From the NCBI GenBank assembly GCA_964634935.1, contig CAZWJT010000009.1:31852-95851 (forward strand): 64,000 nucleotides of DNA, in the 5' to 3' direction. Every line of letters starts with the position of its first letter. The stretch's first letter is position 1. This stretch comes from an uncultured Planctomycetia bacterium (GTDB lineage: Bacteria > Omnitrophota > Gorgyraeia > Duberdicusellales > Duberdicusellaceae). Shown here one piece after another: positions 17,785 through 28,263 of this stretch. Under the pieces are notes generated by a model. The model searched no databases and had not been told where the DNA came from. It saw nothing but the letters and a program-made list of their open reading frames with translations. The position numbers and the translations under genes are program-made.

Positions 17785-18213
17785 TTAAGAAAAATCCGCC
17801 CCGCTGAAATGCACTTTTGTTCTTCCCTGTTTTATTTCTGCCCTCGCCCGCTTTGCCGCAAGCACCTTTTCTTTTGTCCGGCGCAAACGCCGCCGTTTCT
17901 GCCTGCGAATCTTCTCGATCTGCCGCTGACGCTCTGACTTTTCATGGAAAACCCTTTCTTTTATCTTCTCCAGCAAAAGCCTCCGGGCAAAAAATCTGTT
18001 TAATGCCTGAGACCGTTCCTGCTGACATTTCACTTCAAGACCCGTGGGGAGATGCTTGAGATAGACGCATGTCGCCACCTTATTCACATGCTGGCCCCCT
18101 GGGCCGCCTGAGTGAATAAATTTTTCTTGAATCTCGCGTTCATATATCCCAAAAGCATGCAGTTCTGCCTCTAGTGCGCGCATGGTATCCATCCGGATTA
18201 CGTTATGGCTCAT
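17785..18213 (-). CDS. arfB: GGQ-domain peptidyl-tRNA hydrolase (ArfB/RF-1 domain-only protein) with basic C-terminal tail
   Basis: SGGPGGQHVNKVATCVYLKHLPTGLEVKCQQERSQALN matches the class I release-factor GGQ domain; 142 aa with an Arg/Lys-rich tail as in ArfB. Confidence 0.6.
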   Translation of the reverse strand: MSHNVIRMDTMRALEAELHAFGIYEREIQEKFIHSGGPGGQHVNKVATCVYLKHLPTGLEVKCQQERSQALNRFFARRLLLEKIKERVFHEKSERQRQIEKIRRQKRRRLRRTKEKVLAAKRARAEIKQGRTKVHFSGADFS

Positions 18214-18695
18214 CGCACAGGATTACGCTCTACGCCTCCATGAGGTGTAATTTCCGCGATATCTCGAACCCCGACTCGGATAATAACCACTCTTTTTGGT
18301 AAAGCAACTTCAAAATGCTCATGCCGTCTTTCTCTGCGGACCGCTTCGATGACCCGCTGCACTGAATACCGCACTTCTTTCTCTTCAAGCTGAGCTACAC
18401 AGTCACAAAATTCTTTTCCCCGCTTTACCAAAGTCGCCACCCCGTTAATCTGATATCCCGTAAGAGAATCTAAATCCATCAACGATAAGGATACCCGCGG
18501 GTTTTTCTGTAAATTTTGGTAAGTCTTCGCCAAAGTGTAGTCAACAAGATACAGCTTATTGCCTTCGATCTTTAAGAAAAACTTTGGGGCGATGTTTGGC
18601 CTTCCCGAAAAATCACAAGTTGCGACATCAAGGAATCGAGTTTCCTTCAGAAGAGCCTCGATTGTTTTAAGGGTTGTTCTCTTATTTTTCTGCAT
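18210..18695 (-). CDS. pyridoxamine 5'-phosphate oxidase-like FMN-binding split-barrel protein
   Basis: Size and pattern (RFLDVATCDFSGRPNIAPKFF ... LYLVDY) are consistent with the PNPOx-like family; 4-nt overlap with arfB. Confidence 0.4.
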   Translation of the reverse strand: MQKNKRTTLKTIEALLKETRFLDVATCDFSGRPNIAPKFFLKIEGNKLYLVDYTLAKTYQNLQKNPRVSLSLMDLDSLTGYQINGVATLVKRGKEFCDCVAQLEEKEVRYSVQRVIEAVRRERRHEHFEVALPKRVVIIRVGVRDIAEITPHGGVERNPVR

Positions 18696-18722
18696 TCCGA
18701 TTATTGCGCTTAATCCCTTTCC

Positions 18723-20978
18723 TCATTCGGCACGGAACGAATCTACCCATTCAGGAGAGTGCCCGCTCTCTGCTCCCGAGAGCACGCTTTGTATCTGCGC
18801 CTCGCCGAGCGAGACATTCTTATTTTTCATCTCATAGTAAGAAAACGCCGGGCCCCCTCCGATAAACAGTTTCCCTTGCGGGCCAGGATAAACCAATAGC
18901 AACAGATCGAAATAACCCACAACGGCATGCAAAGAAACTCCGGAAGAGCCAGAAGAAAAACAGGTAGACTGGATAACCCGCAGTCCTTTCTTGGTTTCTT
19001 TGCCAAGCACAATCGCAACACACTGCTCTGGAAAAGCATTGATAAAGCTGTAATCATCCTGGGAAAGATCCTGGCCTACAAGCTCTTTCTGGATAATGTC
19101 GCGCAACCGCAAAAGTAAATCTTCCAACTGCCCAAACTCTTCCTGCTGTTGGCCGCTGAGAACACCTAGGCTCTTGAGCGTGCGAGAAAGCATGCGGGTC
19201 ATCGCAAGAATCTTCTCATAAAAACCAAAAGACGGCTCAACATACCCGTTTGACATTGCCGTGTTGGATAGACCGGGCTCTATATCTTGTGTCTTTTCAT
19301 AAAACATGCTTTCTCCATTGCGCATGAAAATCCATGATCCAGCCGCAGTGTTCAATTGTTTGGAAAGTGCGGCATCGGTCTGTGTATGCGCCGGAGCGCC
19401 GGAGAAAGAATTTCCTAAAACGCTCAGGCATTCTAACCAACCCCAATAAATATTTTTTGTCTTCGCGTTTTGCTGTTCTCGGGTTACCTCGCGCTTGACC
19501 TTCTCCAATTGAGCAGAAAACCCGGCATATGCTGAGTAACCAAAAGACTCCAAATTCTTCTGTGCCTGTGTTACCCCCAGCGCCGCGAATAGATCGAGAA
19601 TGGTGGAAAATCCACGGACCGTTGTATCGGATAGTTCATATGAGGTTGAGAGCCGCGCTGCTTCTCCTTTATCGGCAACTCCAACCGCAGGGTAGGTAAG
19701 CTGGGAAAAAATGTGGGCGTCTGGAAAAAACTTTTTCCCGAAGATACTCATCCCCTTTAGGCTTTGTCCATCTTTGCCTTTCCCGGAGAAACTCGGCTGC
19801 CCCTGAGGCTTTACTGGATCGTTTTCTGGTTCACCCTGAGAAAGCGCAAGTAGTCTCTCTTGAAATAGAGACATTTTCTCCGCGTTCTCAAGCGCGCTCA
19901 AGGAGAGGGTTTTTCCAAATACCGCACGCAGGGCATCTCGGTACGCATAGATTGTCCAAAGATGGCTTAGGTTCCAGGAATAACTGCTGATTGAAAAAAT
20001 CTTTTCCCATGAATCCAGGGCGGTTTTACCCTCGTAGGTTGCCCGATCAATATACGCAGCGATAAGGGCAGCTTGAAGTGTCTGCATTTTTGCTATCCCG
20101 GGAGCAATCCCCTTTTGAGCTTTTCCGGTAGAGATAGACTTCGTACCCTCGAGCAAAAAAGTACAGTTGCTATACCAGGTATAACCCTTATAGTATTGCT
20201 CCCGTCTTGCATTGACCAAATAGTGCCCTGAAGGCAGATAATTCGTGTAATCTTGAGCATAGAAGAAAAGAGAGCGTTCCTCCGGGAGTAAACTTTTTCC
20301 TTCGGGTAAATTCCCTCGAGTTCCGGCATATTGTTCAATTTGAGCCAATTCCCACTGGACTTCATTAAATACGCAAGTGGGAATTTCTACGGACTCACCA
20401 AGCAATTTAAGACCAACGATGAAAAATCCGATATTTCTACGGGCCGCCTCTTTTATGTCGCCGCTGGAACTTTCATACAAACCCTGAAATTGAGTAAGCA
20501 TCGCCCGGCTAAATGAGATGAGTTCCGAATAGAGAACGTCCTCTTCGAGCGACTCAAATAACTTGAGAAAATAGGCAGAATAATAGTGCAGAACCATATC
20601 AGTGGTGATGACAATCGGGATATCGCGTTCCCGGATGTCCTGGTATAGCTCACGCGCATCTTCAAATTGCCCGTAGTGGGTGACAACAAACCCGTTCTGC
20701 CTGAGAAGCTCCGTCGCCTGACTGCTGAATGGTATAGAAAGAGTGCTGTAATTTTCGATAGATTCTATTGGCAGCGGTAACGCTATGGATTTTTTTGGCT
20801 CGAGCGATACAACGGGCAAGGCAACATAGTAAGTGCCAAATTTATCCGGCGGATTCGGACCTGAAGAGAGTAAAGAAAGCTCAAGCGTATTATCTGCGCG
20901 CAGCAAAACACAGAGGGTAAAAAAAGAAAGGGCTATGAAAAACTTTTTTCCTCCAGCTTCCCGTCGCAGCATCATCAC
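18723..20978 (-). CDS. large secreted protein, hypothetical (possibly DUF3160-like)
   Basis: Signal peptide; 751 aa; YAQDYTNYLPSGHY motif. Family assignment is from memory only. Confidence 0.35.
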   Translation of the reverse strand: MMMLRREAGGKKFFIALSFFTLCVLLRADNTLELSLLSSGPNPPDKFGTYYVALPVVSLEPKKSIALPLPIESIENYSTLSIPFSSQATELLRQNGFVVTHYGQFEDARELYQDIRERDIPIVITTDMVLHYYSAYFLKLFESLEEDVLYSELISFSRAMLTQFQGLYESSSGDIKEAARRNIGFFIVGLKLLGESVEIPTCVFNEVQWELAQIEQYAGTRGNLPEGKSLLPEERSLFFYAQDYTNYLPSGHYLVNARREQYYKGYTWYSNCTFLLEGTKSISTGKAQKGIAPGIAKMQTLQAALIAAYIDRATYEGKTALDSWEKIFSISSYSWNLSHLWTIYAYRDALRAVFGKTLSLSALENAEKMSLFQERLLALSQGEPENDPVKPQGQPSFSGKGKDGQSLKGMSIFGKKFFPDAHIFSQLTYPAVGVADKGEAARLSTSYELSDTTVRGFSTILDLFAALGVTQAQKNLESFGYSAYAGFSAQLEKVKREVTREQQNAKTKNIYWGWLECLSVLGNSFSGAPAHTQTDAALSKQLNTAAGSWIFMRNGESMFYEKTQDIEPGLSNTAMSNGYVEPSFGFYEKILAMTRMLSRTLKSLGVLSGQQQEEFGQLEDLLLRLRDIIQKELVGQDLSQDDYSFINAFPEQCVAIVLGKETKKGLRVIQSTCFSSGSSGVSLHAVVGYFDLLLLVYPGPQGKLFIGGGPAFSYYEMKNKNVSLGEAQIQSVLSGAESGHSPEWVDSFRAE

Positions 20979-21077
20979 CCTCCCTCCCTTAAGCCTTGGT
21001 CTGATGGCGAAACTATAAAGAATACTTCGCGATACTCTGTATTATACCAAAAAATTGAAAAGCGTGATGCCTTTTTC

Positions 21078-23042
21078 TTAGGAAAAACTCCCTTGGCTTC
21101 CATGCGTGCACTGAGCAATCTTTTCTTGGAGACAAGCGATTTCTCGATTGAGAGAAGAAAGCGTACTTTCAATCTCCTTTAATCTTCTGCCGAATTCCCG
21201 GGCAGTAGGCTCATCTCTGTAGCTCTTGGGGTTAGCTAAAATTCTTGCCTTCGCATACTGTTCAATCTCAAGCTCTTCCTTTTGTCTGTTGATCTTTTTC
21301 AGTTGTTCTTTTAGAAGTTCAACCTGTCTTTTCTTTTGGTGTTCCGCAACGCGCTTCTTCCGTTCCTCTTCTTTCCGCTGACGCCACACTTCATACGCAC
21401 CGCCTTTGGTATCTTGCGTGGTAGCTATTCTTGGCTTGCCGGAAAAAGAAGGATTATTTTCCAAACTTGCGGTAAGGTAGTAGTCAAAACCGCCGAAGAA
21501 TTTGCGTATCTGTCCCTCTTTTACTTCGTAAACTGCATTGGCTATTGAACGAACAAAATAGATATCGTGGCTTATGCAAATAAGTGTTCCCTCGTAGGCG
21601 CGAAGCGCCCGGACCAATGCTTCTACGGCATCCAGATCCAGATGCGTAGTTGGTTCATCCAGCAAGAGAAAATTAGGCGGAGAAATGAGCAGTTTCGCCA
21701 GAATGAGCCTGCTTTTTTCTCCACCGGATAACACACTGACCTTTTTTTCAACATCATCTCCGGTGAATAAAAAAATCCCCAGCATCGTCCTCAATGTTTC
21801 CGTAGAGAGTGCGCGGGTATTCGCGGAATGAGCTTCTTCTAAAACGCTCCTCTCGCTGCAGAGAACATCCAGCCGAGTTTGCGAAAAATACCCGAGTGTT
21901 ACATTATGCCCCAAAATGCGCCGGCCGGAATCAATCGGGATCACTCCGGCCAAAATCTTCAGCAGCGTTGATTTTCCTGCTCCGTTGTCCCCAGCTAAAA
22001 CTATTTTTTCAGATCTGGTTACCTCCAAATCCAAACCCTTATACACCGTGTGAGGCCCATAGGATTTCTCCGCTGCCTGCAGCTCAATTACCTTATGCCC
22101 GCTCTCTTGGGTGGCGGGAAAATGAAAATCGCGGATACTCTCGGAACGCTCTCCGGGCACGGCAATCTCTTCCATTCGCTCTAAAAAACTTTTCTTTGCC
22201 CGAACCGCGGCAGCTTTGTTTGGCTGAGCATGAAATCGCTGGATAAACTTCCCGAGTTGTTCCCGTTTTTTCTCCTGTTCCCGGGCTTGCTTGAGTAAAT
22301 GCCTCCGGCGCTCCTGTTGAATCTGCTCGTAATGCTCGTAGTTCCCCTCCACTCTGGTAATTGAAGAATTTTCCAGAATTAAAGTATACTTCACAACTTC
22401 CGTCAAAAATACTTTATCGTGGGAAATAAGCACAAACGCTCCGGAAAATCCAACTAAGTATTCCTTCAGCCACACAGCGGCTTTCAAATCAAGGTAATTC
22501 GTTGGCTCATCAAGCAGCAATAAGTCATACGGAAGCGTCAGAAGCTTACCTAAGAGGGTTCGCATCTGCCACCCACCGCTGAGGTGCGAAATCGGCTTAT
22601 GAAAATCTTCGGCTTTAAACCCTAGCCCGGTTAAAACCTTCTTCGCCCTATGCTCAAGCTCAAAATATCCCAAGTGTTCCAAAATATGCAGAATTTCCCC
22701 GTATCGCTGAGAGGCGGCACGATGAGTATTCTCGAGCTCCTCTTTCTCCTGGATAAGTCCCTGAATTCTCTTGTCGGCAGTGAGCACTTCTCCCAAGACA
22801 GTCTGGTGGGAAGAAAACTTTGCTTCCTGTGGCAGATAGCCAATGTGCGCATTTTTCCGCACACAAACATTTCCGGATGATGGCTCGCTTTCAGCAAGAA
22901 CAAGCTCAAAAATGGTGGTTTTCCCTGCTCCATTTGGCCCAACAAGTCCTATCTTTTCCTGAGGATGAATACTCAGCGAAACATTTTCAAAAAGGACTCG
23001 CTTCCCATACCGCTTGGAAACATTATGGAAAGAAACTAACAT
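21078..23042 (-). CDS. ABC-F family ATPase with C-terminal coiled-coil extension (Uup-like)
   Basis: Two ABC cassettes (GPNGAGKTT ... LSGGWQMRTLL ... LLLDEPTN; GDNGAGKST ... LSGGEKSRLIL ... LLLDEPTTHLD), no TM domain, C-terminal K/E-rich coiled coil. Confidence 0.8.
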   Translation of the reverse strand: MLVSFHNVSKRYGKRVLFENVSLSIHPQEKIGLVGPNGAGKTTIFELVLAESEPSSGNVCVRKNAHIGYLPQEAKFSSHQTVLGEVLTADKRIQGLIQEKEELENTHRAASQRYGEILHILEHLGYFELEHRAKKVLTGLGFKAEDFHKPISHLSGGWQMRTLLGKLLTLPYDLLLLDEPTNYLDLKAAVWLKEYLVGFSGAFVLISHDKVFLTEVVKYTLILENSSITRVEGNYEHYEQIQQERRRHLLKQAREQEKKREQLGKFIQRFHAQPNKAAAVRAKKSFLERMEEIAVPGERSESIRDFHFPATQESGHKVIELQAAEKSYGPHTVYKGLDLEVTRSEKIVLAGDNGAGKSTLLKILAGVIPIDSGRRILGHNVTLGYFSQTRLDVLCSERSVLEEAHSANTRALSTETLRTMLGIFLFTGDDVEKKVSVLSGGEKSRLILAKLLISPPNFLLLDEPTTHLDLDAVEALVRALRAYEGTLICISHDIYFVRSIANAVYEVKEGQIRKFFGGFDYYLTASLENNPSFSGKPRIATTQDTKGGAYEVWRQRKEEERKKRVAEHQKKRQVELLKEQLKKINRQKEELEIEQYAKARILANPKSYRDEPTAREFGRRLKEIESTLSSLNREIACLQEKIAQCTHGSQGSFS

Positions 23043-23144
23043 TGATGTCTTTGTTGGGTTTAATCTCTGCCTGGGAGGGATCGAAATTGGTACAGGGAAA
23101 AATGAGAAAAAGAAAGAGAGAATACACTATCCTGAACAGCGCCT

Positions 23145-23789
23145 TTATTCTCCACTGACCACTATTCCGCTTAGATCAATTGCCTTCTCTGTAGAAACAA
23201 ACGTAGACTGCCCGCTCTTTACAAGATACCCATGATTACCCGCCAATGATTTAAGGCGATCTATCTCCTGTTGAGCATTCTTCCGAAAAACCTGAATACG
23301 CAGCGCAAGTTCTCGCGCACTTTTCCTGCGCATCTGGGCCACTTGAGAGCCTTCAGCGAGGTTCTTAATCTTACCCTCCCACATGCGTACTTTATCACGC
23401 AAGCGGGCTATCTTCTGATGGAAGCTCTTGCTTTGCCCGGTCAAAAACCGATTTTCTTTGGCCAGCTCTTGCATGCTTCTTTCGGCTTGGTACAAAAGGT
23501 TTTTCACTTGCGCAAGTTCCGCCTCCAAAGCCTCCTTCTGCGCAACCAGCTCTTCAGTTCCTTTTGCTTCCTGCCCTACCCCGGATTGTGGCAACAGAGA
23601 AATATGATTCAGCGTCCTCAGCTGCAGCAGAAACGCAACAACAATACCAACCAGGGTCACAATAAATAATACCGGGATAACTTTGCTGGCTGGTTTGCGC
23701 GCTACTGTGCTGAATGCCGGATCAGCGCTATTTTGAGCAGAAAAACCTTGCTCGCTGTTTTTCTTGAATGCCTCGTTAATAATCCCCAT
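23145..23789 (-). CDS. single-pass membrane coiled-coil protein, hypothetical
   Basis: One TM helix (VIPVLFIVTLVGIVVAFLL) followed by an extended heptad-rich region. Confidence 0.4.
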   Translation of the reverse strand: MGIINEAFKKNSEQGFSAQNSADPAFSTVARKPASKVIPVLFIVTLVGIVVAFLLQLRTLNHISLLPQSGVGQEAKGTEELVAQKEALEAELAQVKNLLYQAERSMQELAKENRFLTGQSKSFHQKIARLRDKVRMWEGKIKNLAEGSQVAQMRRKSARELALRIQVFRKNAQQEIDRLKSLAGNHGYLVKSGQSTFVSTEKAIDLSGIVVSGE

Positions 23790-23899
23790 AACACATCAAG
23801 CTATACTTCTTTCTGTGGTACTCTACAGCTAAACCCCCATATTGTCAAGGCTGTTTTCCAGGCTTCCGGCGAGAAAAATGAGGAAAAATGTTGAAAAAC

Positions 23900-24484
23900 C
23901 TAGGTTTCGGACCAAAAATGGAATCTTTGCCCTAAGTGCGCATCGATAATAATGTGCTTGTCAGGAGCCACAGCGAGCGCTTCGTGAACATTACGGTCAA
24001 AAGTATAAAGCTCGATTTGCTTCCCATAATTCTCTTTCACCTGCGTAATTACTTCGGCGAAGTCTGAATCGCCGGATAAAAGAACCGCGGTATCATAATG
24101 ATTCATAAACGCCTTCCCAAGCATGTCAATCGCTATTTTGACATCCAGCCCTTTCTGGATCCAGGCTTTACCAAAACGCATAAGTCTCCCAAGCTTGTAT
24201 TCAAGATAGGGGTTCGTTTTTTTGAGATAAAGCAGGTATTCATGCTGGTCCTGATATGTCTGGAGATTTTCTTCTTTGCTGAGCTCTGCAGAATAATAAT
24301 AGCATCGCACCAAAGACCGCGAACCAACAACCCAACGAATAATATTCGGCCACTCAATATTCTTCAGGCGGATCGGCTTCTTTAAGCCACGCAAATCCCG
24401 CAAACTCTGTATGACGTATTCAGCATCAATAAAAATCATTACTCGATTCATCGTTTCCTCCTCGGTATTCGTTCTATCTTTCAA
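23900..24484 (-). CDS. NYN/LabA-like (PIN-fold) domain protein
   Basis: [10 protein letters not shown] ... [11 protein letters not shown] ... [10 protein letters not shown] acidic residues characteristic of NYN/LabA. Confidence 0.65.
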   Translation of the reverse strand: MKDRTNTEEETMNRVMIFIDAEYVIQSLRDLRGLKKPIRLKNIEWPNIIRWVVGSRSLVRCYYYSAELSKEENLQTYQDQHEYLLYLKKTNPYLEYKLGRLMRFGKAWIQKGLDVKIAIDMLGKAFMNHYDTAVLLSGDSDFAEVITQVKENYGKQIELYTFDRNVHEALAVAPDKHIIIDAHLGQRFHFWSET

Positions 24485-24531
24485 TCGCGCTTTTTATTAT
24501 ACCATTAAATCCGCTCAGGAAAAACTATATC

Positions 24532-26520
24532 TCAGAAATCTCGGCCTCGAGCATCGTCTTGCCGGCCTGTGTTCTTATAGAGCAAAACCCCGCTTTCACT
24601 AAAAACGAGCGAAAACTCATCGTTTGGCAAAGATCGTATATAATCGTTTCCCAGAGCAGCCTGAGTATACGGATCTTTAGTCTTTGTGTCCACGAGAATA
24701 TATTCATAGCTCCGGAAAACCTCGGGAAAAATCTGGCGGGGTGAAAGGTCGATCACATATTTACGCTCAGCACACCAAATAAGTAAATACCGGGGAACAA
24801 TGCAGGATGCGTGTTTAGGAATTTTTCCTAAGGCGCGCCGCAAGGCCTGCAGATAACCGGAGTCCTTGTGCAAGTAATATTCGCGTGGGGGGATAACCCC
24901 GGGACAAAGCCCCGAAGAAAGCGAAGCCGCATGAGGCAAAACCCGGCCGACCGCAAGAGGCTTGAATATCTTCCGGCCGATAACCCATCCGTAAAGATCC
25001 GCGCGAAAAAAGTTCAGGAAAGAAACAAGCACCGCGCTTATGATTATGCAGGCTTTCCAAAATTCTTTATGCCGCGCTTTCCGTTCAACAATGCCATAAA
25101 TCCGCTCTAGCCCCAGAATGAATGAGAAAGCGAAGAAAACAAAAACAGGCAGGGAATAATGCTCGTCGACTCGGAATGTCCAGGTTAATGATGAGGTAAA
25201 ATTTTCAAGCAGCTGCGCTGATGCAAGGAGCCATGGCGAAGCAAGAAACGGTATCACAAAAAGAAAAGGCAAAAGCAGCAAAAAAACATATTCGAGCTTG
25301 AGGAACGCGTGCATGGAAAAACATGCCTTCAAGAGATTCCAGGGGTTGAGCAAAAAAAGTGCAAGTTCTCCGTACCCGCGGACACCTAAATGCGAAAAAT
25401 GACTTCCCACAAACCTCCCTAAATCCGGGATAAAAAAAGGAAGTACTTTTACGGAGAAGAAAAACCATCCGCCCCCGAGAACCATGGGGAAAAGAACCCA
25501 TGGTGCCTTCCTGCGCCAGAAGAGCGCAAGTACCCCGAACAGAAAAACCGTTAACCCTACGTCTTCTCGGATACCTACCGCACAAAAACAGCAGACCAAG
25601 AAAGCGGTAAACCGGCGGCGCAGAAAAAAATACATCGCCCAGGAAAAAACAGGCAAAAGAAACTGCTCCAGAAAAAGCTCGTAGCTCATTGCCCCGTAGA
25701 AACTCTGATGAAACATACAGACGAAAACAACGCCGAAAGCGGTGGTTCTCCCCAGTTTTTCCTTGGCCAAAAGGAAAAATGGAAAAGCCGCCGAAGAAAC
25801 CGAAAGCAGCGTAAAAACCGCTATCGTGTGAAATGAAGGGATGAGAAGATAGGGAACGAGCAATAAAAACAGAAACGGGGCAAAATGGGAAGAAAAATAC
25901 CCACCCTGCCAAAGACTTCCCTCAAATATGTCCCCTCGAGCCATATTCCATAAACTCTGCAAAAGCAGGCTCGAGTTTTGGTGACAGAAACCAAGGTGTA
26001 CGTGACGAACAAGATTGATCACAAGAAAAAACAAAAAATACGCGATGAACAAGATAAAAAACCAAAGATGCGCCCTGGAAAGGAAACGAAAAATGTTTTT
26101 GTGCCGAGGGGAAAAAAACAGGAAACAGAGGAATGTAAAGGCGAATGCCACGAGCAGGAACGATCCCGCGGCAAGACCTGGCGGGACGCTTTCTCCGATC
26201 AGCGTATCAGGAATAAAAAACCCCAAAACAAACCAAAGAAAAAACATATACCCTGCAGTAGGAGAAGGCTCTTCTCCTCGCCGAAGCATACATGTTCTAA
26301 GAAAGCGCCAGACCAAGAGATACCCCGACCCAAAAAGAAATACAAGGATGCAAAAAAGAATGCTTCTCCAACTGCCGGACGGCACGGCTGTCTGACCATA
26401 ACAATAAAACGGGTAAAAAAGATAAAAACCGCTCACTGCTCCGGCGGAAAACACAATCCAGGGCTGCAGGCGGATGGCGATTTTGGGAAAAACGAATACT
26501 CTTCTACACGCTCCCATCAT
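24532..26520 (-). CDS. polytopic membrane protein (about 15 TM helices) with about 170-aa C-terminal soluble domain; GT-C-type glycosyltransferase/DUF2079-like candidate
   Basis: Continuous F/L-rich hydrophobic helices over about 480 aa, then a soluble tail. No catalytic motif is assignable by eye. Confidence 0.35.
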   Translation of the reverse strand: MMGACRRVFVFPKIAIRLQPWIVFSAGAVSGFYLFYPFYCYGQTAVPSGSWRSILFCILVFLFGSGYLLVWRFLRTCMLRRGEEPSPTAGYMFFLWFVLGFFIPDTLIGESVPPGLAAGSFLLVAFAFTFLCFLFFSPRHKNIFRFLSRAHLWFFILFIAYFLFFLVINLVRHVHLGFCHQNSSLLLQSLWNMARGDIFEGSLWQGGYFSSHFAPFLFLLLVPYLLIPSFHTIAVFTLLSVSSAAFPFFLLAKEKLGRTTAFGVVFVCMFHQSFYGAMSYELFLEQFLLPVFSWAMYFFLRRRFTAFLVCCFCAVGIREDVGLTVFLFGVLALFWRRKAPWVLFPMVLGGGWFFFSVKVLPFFIPDLGRFVGSHFSHLGVRGYGELALFLLNPWNLLKACFSMHAFLKLEYVFLLLLPFLFVIPFLASPWLLASAQLLENFTSSLTWTFRVDEHYSLPVFVFFAFSFILGLERIYGIVERKARHKEFWKACIIISAVLVSFLNFFRADLYGWVIGRKIFKPLAVGRVLPHAASLSSGLCPGVIPPREYYLHKDSGYLQALRRALGKIPKHASCIVPRYLLIWCAERKYVIDLSPRQIFPEVFRSYEYILVDTKTKDPYTQAALGNDYIRSLPNDEFSLVFSESGVLLYKNTGRQDDARGRDF

Positions 26521-26526
26521 GCTCTA

Positions 26527-28257
26527 CTATAGCATATTTTCCAAATCTCTCCACTGCTCTATACAACATCTTTGGAAACGAATGCGCCGGCCGGAAAGAG
26601 AAACAATCATGCAGCGGCTGGTAAATTCCTTGAGGAAATTACTCGTGATAAATTTCTCTTTTTCTATCCGGTAAAAAAATCCCTTCTGGCATTGCGTCTC
26701 CTCAACCCGATAGAACACTCGCTCAAGAAGCATTCTTCCTAAAATCCAGATACCGAATTTTGCTCTTGGTATTTTTTCTCGAGAAAAATACTTATGATGT
26801 TCAAAACATAGCTCATGTTGTACTTGCATGATCAGCCGGTAAAACCCTCTTTCGGTAAGCCGCTGCGCATCAAGCAGTTCTTTGACGAAATTAACGACCC
26901 GGGCGCAGACAAAAAGCGAGAAAATTTGTTCACGGCTGAGTTTTCCGGCAAGAAAAACTGCGCTACTCCGGAAAAATATGTAGTCATTCTTGGAACATAT
27001 ACGTTTTTTTTCAAGCTCCTGGAAGATCGAGCTTCCAACGACCGGATAAAAAATACTTGGACCCAGAAGAACTTGCTGGCGAGAAAGAAACTTTATATCC
27101 GTAAGCCCATCCTTGTACTCTTGCCCCGGAAGTCCAATGATAAAATGGCTGGTAACAGGTACTTTCTTTTTGGCAAAAAAACCTATGGCTTCTTGCTCGG
27201 ATTTTCGATGACATTGCCGCTCTACAGCGCGCCGCACCCGAACCCGGGAGCTCACCAAGGAAAAATCAACATGTGTAAGCCCGGCCCTTAAGAAACTTCG
27301 ACACACTGGGAGCGAAAGCCTGTAAGGAAGGAGTCCATTCATGCAAGAAATTTGTATGCGCGAGAACTCTTTCCCCAGGGCCCGGATTAATTCTGGAAAT
27401 TGAGGATGCAGATTAAGTGCGTCGTCTTCAAAGTTGAAGTGCCGTATCCCCAAACGGAAACACTCTCTCACCTCTGCCAGGACATGCTCAAGAGTACGCG
27501 CTCTCATCGGTTCCTTAATCCCGCAAAACGTACACCGACGGACGCATCCCCGTGAAGCCACCAGCGAAGTCCGAACCAAGCCTCTCCATTGATACTTTCT
27601 ATAATCAATAAACCTGCGGTCGGGCCATGGGACAGCGTTCAGATCGGGCAGATAGGCGATTTCCTCGCTCACTAAGATCCGGCCTCCGGAACGAAAACAA
27701 AGCCCTAAAATATTACGCGGTTTCCGATGGGCTCTCAACGCATTGCACAGTGAGACGAGAGACCATTCAGCTTCTCCCCGGATAAGGTAATCAATATTTT
27801 TGTTTTCCATCACCTTCTCTGGCATTTCTGTGGCGGCTCTGCCGCCAAAGACTATCCGGGCGTCTGGACAAACATCTTTGGCCCAGGTTGCGACTGCAAG
27901 AGCCTGATCCAGGTAGGAAGAAAAGTTTGCGGAAATGCCAATCATATCTGGCTCAAAAACCCGGATCTTTTCTTCAACAGCCTCCCGACACGCACCAAAA
28001 TAACGGAAAGAACTAAAAAGCCGCATAGGCGATATATTCTTCTGATAAAATTCCCTGAGGTATGAAAACTGCGGAGGGAAATCTATCTGCTTGCTCCGGA
28101 ACGGCATCTGGCTGTCAAAAACTTCAACGAGACACCCGGATTGTTTTAAGATCGTGGCCAGAGACAGGATGCCCAGAGGATACGCTCTTTGTGGTGTCGA
28201 AAAAAAATCAGCTGTTGGCGGATTAACCAGCAGGATGCGAGGCGTTCCGCAGAACAT
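26527..28257 (-). CDS. B12-binding domain/radical SAM protein (class B radical SAM)
   Basis: N-terminal B12-binding-like region (ILLVNPP ... YPLGILSLATILKQSGCLVEVFD), then CVRRCTFCG (CxxxCxxC). Confidence 0.7.
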   Translation of the reverse strand: MFCGTPRILLVNPPTADFFSTPQRAYPLGILSLATILKQSGCLVEVFDSQMPFRSKQIDFPPQFSYLREFYQKNISPMRLFSSFRYFGACREAVEEKIRVFEPDMIGISANFSSYLDQALAVATWAKDVCPDARIVFGGRAATEMPEKVMENKNIDYLIRGEAEWSLVSLCNALRAHRKPRNILGLCFRSGGRILVSEEIAYLPDLNAVPWPDRRFIDYRKYQWRGLVRTSLVASRGCVRRCTFCGIKEPMRARTLEHVLAEVRECFRLGIRHFNFEDDALNLHPQFPELIRALGKEFSRIQISCMNGLLPYRLSLPVCRSFLRAGLTHVDFSLVSSRVRVRRAVERQCHRKSEQEAIGFFAKKKVPVTSHFIIGLPGQEYKDGLTDIKFLSRQQVLLGPSIFYPVVGSSIFQELEKKRICSKNDYIFFRSSAVFLAGKLSREQIFSLFVCARVVNFVKELLDAQRLTERGFYRLIMQVQHELCFEHHKYFSREKIPRAKFGIWILGRMLLERVFYRVEETQCQKGFFYRIEKEKFITSNFLKEFTSRCMIVSLSGRRIRFQRCCIEQWRDLENML

Positions 28258-28263
28258 GCGCGA

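Noticed and set aside
25978-26532. Plus-strand ORFs (184 aa and 126 aa) extremely rich in Lys/Arg/Pro/Gln, antisense to the large membrane-protein gene
   Set aside because: Antisense shadow of F/L/I-rich codons (AAA/AAG/GAA complements). No RBS or start context; the sense-strand membrane protein is clearly the real gene.
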